In this document: positions 38,149 to 47,528 of the stretch, piece after piece
Layout: the number at the start of each line of letters is the position of its first letter
How positions within the stretch are numbered: position 1 is the stretch's first letter
Position numbers and translations under genes: made by a program
Notes under the pieces: model-generated
The model's input: the letters and a program-made list of their open reading frames with translations, nothing else
What the model was told of the DNA's origin: nothing
Database searches by the model: none
NCBI GenBank assembly: GCA_040772485.1
Contig: JAXGYC010000008.1
Coordinates: 32,001 to 96,000, forward strand
Direction of reading: 5' to 3'
Origin: Sedimentisphaerales bacterium
GTDB lineage: Bacteria > Planctomycetota > Phycisphaerae > Sedimentisphaerales > Anaerobacaceae
DNA: 64,000 nucleotides

Positions 38149-39546
38149 TCAGCGTCGCACGTTGATCTTGCCCAGGTCGTACCAGCCGTCCGACCGGCGG
38201 CCTTCGATGGCCAGCTTCACCGCAGGCTCATCGAAACGCTCGTCCAGAATGCCGATCTGTAGGTCGTACGTACCGTCGGGCGTATCGGCGGGAACCTCGA
38301 CAGAGCTGTCGTACAGGTTGTCGCCCGGCAGCCACGATCGCAGGTCGGCGCTGGCGACGACAATCCGCTCGTTCGTACGATTGTGCAGGCGAAACGCCAG
38401 GCGAAACGGCCGGTAGCACGGGGCGACGCCCTTGTTCTCCCACCACGAGGTGAACGTCAGCCTGCCGCCCGACTTCACATCCGAGGGACACGTGAACTTG
38501 CGAAGCACGAAGCGATAGCCCATTCTCGTGAGCCACCGATTCACCGCCGGCCACCACTCGTCGGGCACGGCAGACGATTTCGCGTTGAAAGAAGAGATGT
38601 GCCATTTGAGCGACTGCTCGATGATGTAGTCGACGTCCCAGCCCTTGTCCTTCCAGGTCTGCATGACCCAGCACACTTCCAGGCTGACCGGCGCCTTCTT
38701 CCAGGCGTCCTTCATCCCGAAGTTGATGATCGCCTGTGGGTAATAGTCGCACATGTGGCACCACGTCGGGCTGAAGCCGCCCATGTCGCCGAGGCAATCG
38801 ACCCGCCAGCCGACGTTCCGCTTCGACAGGCCGTAGCGATTCGTCTTCTCGTCGGTCAGGAGCATGATCAGGTGCGTCTTGCGAAAGGCTTCCAGATAGC
38901 TGTCCACAAGGGCTTCGCGCGTCTTCTGCGTCAGCCGCTCCGAGCCGGCGCCCTCTCCCCAGGCGCCTACGATGGCCAAGTCCACGCTCTCCAGCAGCGG
39001 ATGCCCATCATACCGGGCGCCCAGCGCGCGAATCATCGCGCCGAAATGCTCGACGTATCGTGGATCTTCCGGATTCGTCCGCCACTTCTCTTCCGGCTGT
39101 TTCTCCTCTTTGCCGACCATCTCCCGATACCAGTCGGGCACGTCGTTGTCAGCCCCTGTTCCATACGGGGCGATCCGCAGCAGCAGCGTCTGACGCCGGC
39201 TGCCCGCCGTCTCCAACGCCTTGTCGAGCAGCTCCCACCGATACTGCCCCTGCGCCGGCTCGATGAACTTCCAGTACACCCGGAAGTACGCCAGCGAGGT
39301 GTCCGGGTAGCCTTCGTTCTCGAGACTCCGGTCGAAGGCCTGATAGGCGATCGGGTACCCCTCCGTCCACCTCTGGCCCTGGTTCAGCCGGTCGCCGTTG
39401 AACCGCTGAAAGGTCATGAACCCGATTCCCGGATTCGTCAGAACATCGTCGATTTCCACGGGCCTGACCACGATGGTCTCCTGCCCCCGGGCAATGCACG
39501 GACACAGGGAGAGCAAGACCAGGGATACACTGCACATGGTACGCAT
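38149..39546 (-). CDS. DUF4832-domain secreted protein (paralog of 14835-16286)
   Basis: LTNPGIGF, YFRVYWKFIEP, GAWGEG, GWRVDCLGDMGGFSPTWCHMCDYYPQ, RMGYRF, WENKGVAPCY. Confidence 0.78.
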   Translation of the reverse strand: MRTMCSVSLVLLSLCPCIARGQETIVVRPVEIDDVLTNPGIGFMTFQRFNGDRLNQGQRWTEGYPIAYQAFDRSLENEGYPDTSLAYFRVYWKFIEPAQGQYRWELLDKALETAGSRRQTLLLRIAPYGTGADNDVPDWYREMVGKEEKQPEEKWRTNPEDPRYVEHFGAMIRALGARYDGHPLLESVDLAIVGAWGEGAGSERLTQKTREALVDSYLEAFRKTHLIMLLTDEKTNRYGLSKRNVGWRVDCLGDMGGFSPTWCHMCDYYPQAIINFGMKDAWKKAPVSLEVCWVMQTWKDKGWDVDYIIEQSLKWHISSFNAKSSAVPDEWWPAVNRWLTRMGYRFVLRKFTCPSDVKSGGRLTFTSWWENKGVAPCYRPFRLAFRLHNRTNERIVVASADLRSWLPGDNLYDSSVEVPADTPDGTYDLQIGILDERFDEPAVKLAIEGRRSDGWYDLGKINVRR

Positions 39547-39611
39547 CGGAAGACCTCATTTCATGGGATCGTATGACATCGAACGGCTCGGCGATTTTCA
39601 CTTTTCGCACT

Positions 39612-39640
39612 TTGGCTGCGTGACCCGGAAACGTTATCAT
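39612..39640 (+). promoter_or_regulatory. Possible promoter giving a leaderless transcript
   Basis: TTGGCT-17nt-TATCAT, then 6 nt to ATG 39647; no SD present. Confidence 0.45.
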
Positions 39641-39646
39641 ACCGCG

Positions 39647-40624
39647 ATGGCGTCAAACAGACCAGCGCTCCTGACGGAATGGCCGAGAAGAAGCAGTTCC
39701 CGGGGCCCATCTGCCCCGAACATTCTCATTGCCAACGAGAAGGCCAATTGGGGGCGGTGTCGACGCAAGCTCCGGCAGATCACCGATCTTCTCCGCAGCC
39801 AGGGATTCTCCTTTTCCCTGGCGACCAGCAACGGGTCGAGACACGCCGGCGAGCTGGCCGCAGCAGCGGCGGCAGACAACGCCGGCACGATTGCCATCGC
39901 AGGGGGCGACGGCACGGTCAACGAGGTGGTCAATGGCCTCTTTGCCTCCGGATGCGACCACGTGCCTCGGATCGGCATCATTCCACTGGGGTCGTCGAAC
40001 GATTTCGCCAAGAGCCTGGGGATTCCGCAGAACCTCTCGGAGGCGTGCCGAACGGTTATGAACGGGACCGTCAGAAAGGTGGACGTCGGCCAAGTCGGCT
40101 CCCACTACTTCTGCACGGCCTCGTGCCTCGGCTACTTCGCGGAGATTGCGGCACGGAGCCTGCAAATGACCAAGTTTCGCGGGTCGCTGCGCTACACGAT
40201 CCCGGCGCTGCGGGTGATCCGGGAAATGGCGTCTGGCTGGGAAATGAACGTGAGCACCGACACCAGGGTCTTTCATGGCAGCTATGCCGTGCTTCTGGTC
40301 GGCAACGCGGCGCGTTTCGGCGGGCTTACCATGTTGCCCGGCGCTCGGTGCGACGATGGCCTCTTCGACTGCCTGCTGATCGAGATGGCGGGCAAGTGGG
40401 AGGCGCTGCGCCTGATCCCCCTGGTCTACAGGAAGGCGCTGGAGCGTCACAGGAGAGTCACGCGATTCCAGACCCGGTCTCTTTCTGTATCGCTCGATCG
40501 TCCTTCGCAACTGTGCAATGACGGCGAGGTGTATCCGGCGCCGTTCGAGCAGCTTGACTACACGGTGCTTCCGCGAAGACTGCCCGTCATCTGCCCCGAA
40601 CAGCGTGATACCGCCCTGGCATAG
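39647..40624 (+). CDS. Diacylglycerol/lipid kinase family (YegS/DagK-like)
   Basis: IANEKA, AGGDGTVNEVVNG, IPLGSSNDFA, VDVG, GNAARFGG, DDGLFD, DGE. Confidence 0.88.
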   Translation: MASNRPALLTEWPRRSSSRGPSAPNILIANEKANWGRCRRKLRQITDLLRSQGFSFSLATSNGSRHAGELAAAAAADNAGTIAIAGGDGTVNEVVNGLFASGCDHVPRIGIIPLGSSNDFAKSLGIPQNLSEACRTVMNGTVRKVDVGQVGSHYFCTASCLGYFAEIAARSLQMTKFRGSLRYTIPALRVIREMASGWEMNVSTDTRVFHGSYAVLLVGNAARFGGLTMLPGARCDDGLFDCLLIEMAGKWEALRLIPLVYRKALERHRRVTRFQTRSLSVSLDRPSQLCNDGEVYPAPFEQLDYTVLPRRLPVICPEQRDTALA

Positions 40625-40643
40625 GGGCGACCGGCAGCCCTGG

Positions 40644-41711
40644 CTACGCCGGCTCGAAATCGCGCCGGCGCCCGAGGAATCCGGCGAAAGCACAAATCGT
40701 ATCGAGATTGTAGCCGGGTTCCAGATGATAGACAAACTCCAGATCGCCGCCGGCGTTGTCGGCCAGCACCTTCTGCGCCCACTCCAGTATCGGCGCCGCG
40801 GTTTCGCAGGACATGTCGGCGGGCAACGGTGCGATGCTGATCGGCATCTGCGATCCGAAGACCTGCCGGACCTTGCTCAGCGAGGTCGTGCCGCCGAGGT
40901 CCAGTGAGCCGAGGTTCTCGATGCGGCAGAACGCGTCGAGAAGATGCGTGCTGGGCCCGCACGAATGCAATCGAACGGGTCCCAGCGCCCGGCCGATCTC
41001 GGACGTCAGCGGCGCCACAAATTCTTCCACCATCGCCGGACCGATCATGCAGCCGGAGCACTCGCCCACGTGGACATCCGTCATGGGCAGATTGGCAGCC
41101 TGAGCGAAATGCCGACAGAGTACGATATACGCCTCGGCGATCCATTGCATAATCTGCCTGCATCGAGATGGCTGTGTCATCATGTCGAGGAACACGGACT
41201 CGCCGCAGAGCTTCTGCGCCGTGGTCAGCACGCCATGGATGGCCGCCCGGCCGGAAGCATCCCAGAAGAACGGCGGGATCGGCCGAAGCGATGGCTCTCG
41301 TCTGCTTTGAATCTCTGCAATCTGCTCGTCGAATTGCCTGACCAGATCGTGCGCCAGCAGGCTCTCCGGGGCCGGAAGCTCGGCCGGCTCGCGGGCGGCC
41401 CAGCATGCCGGCGTAATGTCAGCGTCCATGTCGTCGGCGGGCAGGAACTGGGCCCCCAGGAGCATGCCGAGGATCATGTTGGGCTGGATGCCGCCGATCT
41501 GGACCTGTCCAGGGTCCCAGTAGCGTTGACGACCCAGATTGGATTCCGAGTAGAACAGCCGCAATCCGGCAGACACGCCGGCGGCGTACTCGTTGCATTG
41601 GCAGTCGATCGCATGACGGCGATCCGGGTCGAAGTAATAGTCATAGTCGAACGCCACGCCCAGCGCCCGGTGCATCCACGCCTTCGAGACTGTGCCGGAC
41701 AGGGTGATCAT
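40644..41711 (-). CDS. URO-D/MtaA-like (uroporphyrinogen decarboxylase-fold) protein
   Basis: TTAQKLCGESVFLDM, GECSGCMIGPAMVEEFVAP, RLHSCG. Confidence 0.65.
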   Translation of the reverse strand: MITLSGTVSKAWMHRALGVAFDYDYYFDPDRRHAIDCQCNEYAAGVSAGLRLFYSESNLGRQRYWDPGQVQIGGIQPNMILGMLLGAQFLPADDMDADITPACWAAREPAELPAPESLLAHDLVRQFDEQIAEIQSRREPSLRPIPPFFWDASGRAAIHGVLTTAQKLCGESVFLDMMTQPSRCRQIMQWIAEAYIVLCRHFAQAANLPMTDVHVGECSGCMIGPAMVEEFVAPLTSEIGRALGPVRLHSCGPSTHLLDAFCRIENLGSLDLGGTTSLSKVRQVFGSQMPISIAPLPADMSCETAAPILEWAQKVLADNAGGDLEFVYHLEPGYNLDTICAFAGFLGRRRDFEPA

Positions 41712-41744
41712 CTTTGCCCTCGAATGTCCGAGTGACGACCGGGG

Positions 41745-43082
41745 TCACGCCTTCATGTCCAAAGCGAAATAGGGTTTTCGCGTCTGCCACCGGCCCCGTG
41801 TGAAGTCGGGCACCTTCACCGGCGCGCTGCCCTGGGCAATCGAGACCTCCGACAGCGGACCGTGGACGCACATGAGAACCGAGTCGTAGACATCCAGAGG
41901 GGTCTGCGTCCGGTCTTTGACCGCCTGCACGAACAGCCGCAGCTCGCGCACGTCCGTACCTCCGTGGCCGCCGAGCTCCGGCTCCTTGGTCCACGCGTGG
42001 CGGTACCGCTCATGGTAGGGACCGAACGGCTCCCACTGATGGTACTCGGGGCTTGTGCCCTTGAGGTAGACGGCGTCTCTCTGCTCGTTGTACAGGCCGC
42101 GGGTGCCCTGGATCAGCCAGCGATTGTCGTACGGGCGGGGCAACTGCATATCGTAGTTGATGATGATGGTCTTGCCCTTCTTCGTCCGCACGGTGGTCGT
42201 GACGATATCGCCCTGGGCGAACTTGCGTTTGGCGTTGGGATGGTCCGGGCTGAATCGGGTCGCGAAGTATTCATTGATCCCGACCGAATCCGTGGCCGTC
42301 GAGGTAAGGTAATCGAAGTAATCGCCGCAGTTGATGTCCATCCAACTGATGACCGGTCCCAACTGGTGGCTGGGGTATTGGTCGCGATTGTGCTCGACGA
42401 GATACTTGGCCGACCAGCGGTCGTTGCCGGTCTGGCTGTCGAAGAACCAATGGTCGATGCAGTCGTGGGAGTGGGCGCAGTGGCAGTGAATGATCTGACC
42501 CAGCAGACCCAGACGGATCATGTTCAGCACGGCCAGGTTGTCGCTGCGCATGCTCCAGTTTTCGAGCATCATGCAGGGCACGCCTGTCTGCTCGTGCGTA
42601 TCGACCAGTTGCCAGCATTCCTCCAGGGTGTAGGCCGCCGGCACCTCCACCGCGGCGTACTTGCCCATCCGCATGGCGTGGACTGCCATGGGCGTGTGCC
42701 ATTCCCAGTAGGTGGCGATGACGACGGCGTCCAGGTCGTCGCGTTCCACGAGTTTTTTCCAGACGTCTTCGTCGCCCGCGTACACTTCCGGCCGGGAGAA
42801 GCCCGCCTGCACGACGCGGGCCTGGGCCGCCTCGGCCCGCTCGCGATGGATGTCGCACACGCCGCGAATCTCCACGTCGTCCTTCATCTCGAGAAGGTTG
42901 CCCAGCAGGCTGTTGCCCCGTCCGCCCATGCCCAGGACCGCCAGACGTACCTTCTTCCGTGGTTCGCCCGCCGCCGAGACCGAAGAAACACCGGCCATGA
43001 GCGAAGTGCTTGCGAGCATCGCCCCCAGCCCCAGAGCCCCGTTGGTTTTCAGAAACGTTCGACGAGTTGTCTTGCTTGCCAT
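41745..43082 (-). CDS. Tat-exported Gfo/Idh/MocA protein of GH109 type (NAD-dependent glycosidase)
   Basis: TRRTFLK signal; GMGGRG; IATYWEWHTPMA; VEVPAA..LEECWQLV; MMLEN; YPSHQLGP; PRPY; GGHGG.D. Confidence 0.82.
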   Translation of the reverse strand: MASKTTRRTFLKTNGALGLGAMLASTSLMAGVSSVSAAGEPRKKVRLAVLGMGGRGNSLLGNLLEMKDDVEIRGVCDIHRERAEAAQARVVQAGFSRPEVYAGDEDVWKKLVERDDLDAVVIATYWEWHTPMAVHAMRMGKYAAVEVPAAYTLEECWQLVDTHEQTGVPCMMLENWSMRSDNLAVLNMIRLGLLGQIIHCHCAHSHDCIDHWFFDSQTGNDRWSAKYLVEHNRDQYPSHQLGPVISWMDINCGDYFDYLTSTATDSVGINEYFATRFSPDHPNAKRKFAQGDIVTTTVRTKKGKTIIINYDMQLPRPYDNRWLIQGTRGLYNEQRDAVYLKGTSPEYHQWEPFGPYHERYRHAWTKEPELGGHGGTDVRELRLFVQAVKDRTQTPLDVYDSVLMCVHGPLSEVSIAQGSAPVKVPDFTRGRWQTRKPYFALDMKA

Positions 43083-43117
43083 GGTCGTGTCTCCACAAGT
43101 TCTTCGCTCGCTGCGGT

Positions 43118-44182
43118 TCAGATGATGCCGAGTTCGCTGATTTTCACGGGTCTTCCCGATTCGGCGGAAAGGTCGGCGGCAAAGCACACCGCCAGGGTCA
43201 TCGCGGCGTCGTCCAGGTCCGGAAAGGGCCGCCGGTCGCCAAGGATGCAGTCGAGAAAATGCGAGACCTCGCCCCGGAAGGGATGATGGGCGACGTCGCC
43301 GCTGTCGGGCAGCACGCAGGGAATCCTCATGAAGTTGTTCTGGCCCGGGAACGATTTCGGCGCAAAGACCTCGTCGTTGCGAACAGCCCCTTCGGTGCCG
43401 TAGACGCCGATGTTGAACCGGTACGGCATCTGCGCATCAAAGGTGGTGATTGTGCGACCGATCTTGCCGTCGGCGAAGCGGACGTTCACGGAGATCGTTC
43501 CGGGGTATTCGATCGGGTTTTCGGTTCGCACCTGATAGGCCGAGACCTCTTCCGCCTCGCTGCGGGCGAACCATCGCAGGGCATCGACGGCGTGACAGCC
43601 GCCGGTCAGAATGGCGGTACCGCTGTGCCGGCGGCTGCCCAGCCATTTCTCCCGGGGCGTCATCCAGATCCGGTGCATGTAATCGACCTCGACGAGAAAG
43701 ACGTTTCCGAACGCGCCCTCTTCGATCAGGCGGTCTATCGTCATCAGCAGCGGATTCCAGTGCAGCACGAAACCCACGAGCGACTTGACCTTGTTCGCCC
43801 GGACGGCCTGCAATTGCCTGTTCAGGTCTTCCACCGTCAGGGCAGGCGGCTTCTCAACGATCACGTGCTTGCCCGCCTCGGCCGCCGCCACCACAAACGG
43901 CGTGTGCGCATCGTGGGGCGTCGAAACCACTACGATGTCGATGTCTCTTCTGCTGAGCATCGCCGTCGCATTCGTTTCGATCGCGCAATCGAGATGGTAC
44001 GCATCCCGATAGCGCTGCGCGTTGGCCGGATGGCGACTGACCAGCCCGCGAATCTCCGCCCGCGGGTCTTCGTGAAAGGCCTTGACGTACTCCCCTGCAA
44101 CCCAGCCACAACCGATGACTCCCACGCCCAATGTGCCCATGTCTCGGCCCCTTCTGTGCTTGCCTTGAAACTCGTTCCTCAT
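43118..44182 (-). CDS. Cytoplasmic Gfo/Idh/MocA oxidoreductase
   Basis: GVIGCGWVA, STPHDAH, GKHVIVEKP, GGCHAVD; ATGA overlap with the upstream gene (alternative start 44140). Confidence 0.88.
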   Translation of the reverse strand: MRNEFQGKHRRGRDMGTLGVGVIGCGWVAGEYVKAFHEDPRAEIRGLVSRHPANAQRYRDAYHLDCAIETNATAMLSRRDIDIVVVSTPHDAHTPFVVAAAEAGKHVIVEKPPALTVEDLNRQLQAVRANKVKSLVGFVLHWNPLLMTIDRLIEEGAFGNVFLVEVDYMHRIWMTPREKWLGSRRHSGTAILTGGCHAVDALRWFARSEAEEVSAYQVRTENPIEYPGTISVNVRFADGKIGRTITTFDAQMPYRFNIGVYGTEGAVRNDEVFAPKSFPGQNNFMRIPCVLPDSGDVAHHPFRGEVSHFLDCILGDRRPFPDLDDAAMTLAVCFAADLSAESGRPVKISELGII

Positions 44183-45237
44183 GCATAGAAACCCGCATAG
44201 CGTTCCATGGCATCCATCACTGCCCTGACGTTCTCCACCGGCACGCCCGGATACAGGCCATAGATCATCATCAGGCCGCCGTCGTGGCTGCCCAGCGCCT
44301 CGACTTCGCTGCGAATGAGGGCATCGATCCGGCCGGGAGACGCGAATGGGGTGATCTGCTGGCGGTCAATGTCGAGATCGATGCACACGCGGCCTTTCAG
44401 ATGCGCTGCGATCCAGTCCAGGCCGTTGACCAGGTCCTGGAGGTTGAGCGCGTCGACCCCGCTGGCGAGCATATCCTCCACCAGGTCGCGAATGTCGCCG
44501 TCCGAGTGCATGTGGACCAAGCAGTTCGCTTCGCGCGCCGGCGCCATGAGGCGCTCATAGACCGGCCGGATGTGTTTACGAAATAAAGCCGGCGACAGCA
44601 TGGGCCCTTTTTGCATGCCCAGATCCTCCGGGTAGCACATCATCACGGCACCCAGGTCCAGATACCGTTCGACAAGGCCCAGATTGAACGCCTCGACCAT
44701 ATCGATCAGGCCGTTGAGCCGCACGTCACCATCGGCCATGTCCAACAGCAGGTTCTCGTAACCGCGCAGATAGCCGAGACGCTGAAAGGTGTGGCCATGC
44801 TCCAGACTGGCGCTCCAGGGTAATCCCGCTCTTGCAGCTTGTTCGGCTCGATGGCGTTCCGCCGCCCAGTCGATCTCGGTCATGGCATTGGTGCGCGCCG
44901 GGTCCGGCGGGACGAAGCTCGCCAGGTCGGCCCAGTCAGCCAACGGGTGGCGTGTCACGGTGCCTGTGATGCCGTCGTCGGCCGTCTGCCAGACGCAACC
45001 CCAGGCGTCCGTATAAGGCACACCCGCCCGCTCCCACGGCGCCGGTTCGGTAATCGCGGCCCGGTCGGGAACAAAACCGGGGAATAGCAACGGGTGGTCG
45101 GCCATTAGTTCGAACAGGACCTCCGGGCAGTAGTGATGCCAGCAGGCGGGATTGATCCAGAACACCATAGGGATGTGGTCCGGCCGCTCAAAGCGGATCG
45201 CCCGCAGCGTGTTCTGCGTGATGGTCTCCATGGGCAT
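44179..45237 (-). CDS. URO-D/MtaA-like (uroporphyrinogen decarboxylase-fold) protein
   Basis: RFERPDHIP, DAWGCVW, LRGYENLLLDM, EDLGMQKGPMLSP..FRK, HMHSDG, DIDRQ, VPVENV. Confidence 0.85.
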   Translation of the reverse strand: MPMETITQNTLRAIRFERPDHIPMVFWINPACWHHYCPEVLFELMADHPLLFPGFVPDRAAITEPAPWERAGVPYTDAWGCVWQTADDGITGTVTRHPLADWADLASFVPPDPARTNAMTEIDWAAERHRAEQAARAGLPWSASLEHGHTFQRLGYLRGYENLLLDMADGDVRLNGLIDMVEAFNLGLVERYLDLGAVMMCYPEDLGMQKGPMLSPALFRKHIRPVYERLMAPAREANCLVHMHSDGDIRDLVEDMLASGVDALNLQDLVNGLDWIAAHLKGRVCIDLDIDRQQITPFASPGRIDALIRSEVEALGSHDGGLMMIYGLYPGVPVENVRAVMDAMERYAGFYA

Positions 45238-45445
45238 TCATTTCAACGTCCCCGCGTCGAAAGCACAAGAGGTTTCCGGCCTGCCGCGACATCGCCGTGA
45301 AGTGGCCCCAAGGGCTGCCCGAGGCCCGGCTACGGAGGATTGCGGGAGATGACGATCGAGGGTATAACCGGGACCTGTGCATAGCTCTTGATCGCGGACG
45401 CCGCATATTCCGTTACACCCACGTTTCTGGAATAAGGAATGCGAT

Positions 45446-47368
45446 ATGAGAACCTCATCGATTGGCAGATTGTTCCTGTTCGTGGCAGCCATCCTCACCC
45501 CCTTGCATTGCGCGGCCGGGGAAACGCTCGACGGCGCGCTTTGGCCCAGCGATGCATTGACCAAGGTCTTGCGCTCGGACAGCCCGGAGGTCGGCAGCGA
45601 GAGCGCGATTCGTGTCGCGGCCGCTCGCGCGGAGATCGCAAGCGCGCAGGCCGTGTTTCGGCCGCGCACGAGTCACAGCAGCGTATCCGCCAGGGTGACC
45701 GACCTGCGGCATATTGGCGGGGATGCCGTCATCCCGGCCGCTGCCGTCAGATTGCAGTGGGTGCGATATATAGACGTCAATCGCAACACGGCGGGCATCC
45801 CTGAAGACGAGCTTCAGGTGAAGGCGCCGGCGAGCATTCCGGATGCCTTCTGGGAGGAGCCGCAGATCGCGGTCATGGCCGATCAGGCCCAGCCTCTGTG
45901 GATCGAGATTCACGTGCCCGCTGCGGCAAGGGCGGGCGATTATCGGGGCACCTTGACGGTGACGTCGGCGAATGAATCGATTGAGATGCCCCTTGAATTG
46001 CACGTCTGGGACTTCGAGGTCCCGACCGACCGGCATCTGTCGGTCATAAACTGGTGGAGATTCCCCGGCCCCGGCTTCGAGAACATCGAACCCTATGGGC
46101 AGGAGTACTGGGACTTGCTCGGACGGTTCTGCTCCTTCCTTGTGGAGCATCGACAAACCGATATTCAGACCTCGATTGGGCTGATTCAGGAAACAGGGGA
46201 CAATCAAGGGGGCTATTCGTATGACACCAGCCGTCTTGAGCGTTACGCGGAGGTTGCCTTTCAGGCGGGCATCCGGCAGATCCACCTGCACTCGGTCGGC
46301 ACGCGAACGGCAGAGATCACCGCCCCCGAAAGCCGGATCGAGCCGGTCGAGTCCAATCTGCGCCGATTGGCGGCATGGGAGAAGGTCGTCCTCCAGCGGA
46401 ATTGGCCCAACCGCTTCCTCGTCAGTATCTCGGATGAGCCGTTCATTCACCACGAAGAGAGTTATGCGGCTGTGGTGGACCGGGTGCACGAGATCGCGCC
46501 GCATATCCGTTGTATCGAGGCGGTTGAAGCCGAATACCTCGGCGCGCTGGACGTGTATGTCCCTAAACTCAGTCACCTGAATCTCTGGTATCCACGATTC
46601 CAGCAGGTCCAAAGCACCGGCGCAGAATTGTGGTTCTACACGTGTTGCCATCCCGTGGGGCGCTATCCGAATCGTTTTCTGGATCAATCGTTGCTGAAGG
46701 CCCGCGTGCTTCACTGGATCAACTACCTTTATGACATGGATGGATACCTGCACTGGGGGCTGAATCACTTCGCCGCCGGCGACCCCTATACCCAGGAGGC
46801 GCTCAGCGAGGGATTGCCGCTGGGAGATCGGGCCATCGCGTATCCGGGTACGAGCGGCCTGCTCGGTTCCATGCGATTCAGCGCTATGCGTGACGGCCTG
46901 CAAGACTATGAATACCTCTGGGTTCTTGAAAATGAAATGTCCAGAGTAAAGCAGGAGGTCGGTAAGGAGGCCTTCTGGCTGGACCCACGTCAACGATCCC
47001 TGGAACTGTGTCGTCGGGTGGTGTGGTCCTTCTATGACTACACGAGGAACCCGGAGGTAATGCTCGACACCCGCGAGGCCGTCGCCCGCGAGATCGAGCA
47101 ACTCACGAGCGAACCTCTGCTGGTGGTCCAGACCTCGCCACCCGAAGGCACCGTCGTGCCGGCCGGACCACGAAACATCGGCGTTCGCGGTCTGGTGCCT
47201 GCCGGCGCAACGGTCACGCTCAACGGCAGGCCTGTCACGAACGTCCGGCCGAGCGGGTACTTCCTCCAGGCCCATTTCATGTCGGCCAGCAATCCCACGA
47301 TTACAGTCACCGTCGAACACAACGGCAAGAAACGCACCGCCGAACGCGTGTTCACGCTGGCGGACTGA
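45446..47368 (+). CDS. Secreted DUF4091/GH123-like protein
   Basis: ARAEIASAQ, QPLWIEIHVP..A.AGDYRG, VWDFEVP, SDEP, WFYTCC, GYLHWG, YPG...SMRF..MRDGLQDYEYL. Confidence 0.78.
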   Translation: MRTSSIGRLFLFVAAILTPLHCAAGETLDGALWPSDALTKVLRSDSPEVGSESAIRVAAARAEIASAQAVFRPRTSHSSVSARVTDLRHIGGDAVIPAAAVRLQWVRYIDVNRNTAGIPEDELQVKAPASIPDAFWEEPQIAVMADQAQPLWIEIHVPAAARAGDYRGTLTVTSANESIEMPLELHVWDFEVPTDRHLSVINWWRFPGPGFENIEPYGQEYWDLLGRFCSFLVEHRQTDIQTSIGLIQETGDNQGGYSYDTSRLERYAEVAFQAGIRQIHLHSVGTRTAEITAPESRIEPVESNLRRLAAWEKVVLQRNWPNRFLVSISDEPFIHHEESYAAVVDRVHEIAPHIRCIEAVEAEYLGALDVYVPKLSHLNLWYPRFQQVQSTGAELWFYTCCHPVGRYPNRFLDQSLLKARVLHWINYLYDMDGYLHWGLNHFAAGDPYTQEALSEGLPLGDRAIAYPGTSGLLGSMRFSAMRDGLQDYEYLWVLENEMSRVKQEVGKEAFWLDPRQRSLELCRRVVWSFYDYTRNPEVMLDTREAVAREIEQLTSEPLLVVQTSPPEGTVVPAGPRNIGVRGLVPAGATVTLNGRPVTNVRPSGYFLQAHFMSASNPTITVTVEHNGKKRTAERVFTLAD

Positions 47369-47528
47369 TTTGGGTTGGAGCTGCCACGCCCGCAGGAACC
47401 GGGGGATCGCATGGAATCGAGGAGTCTGAGGCTTGCCCCTTGTCTCTCGGGCGGCCGGCCGGTACGATCTGTGGGCCTCTATATTCCGGATTACGACAAA
47501 AGGTCTCGATTTTGAAGGTGCGACTGAC

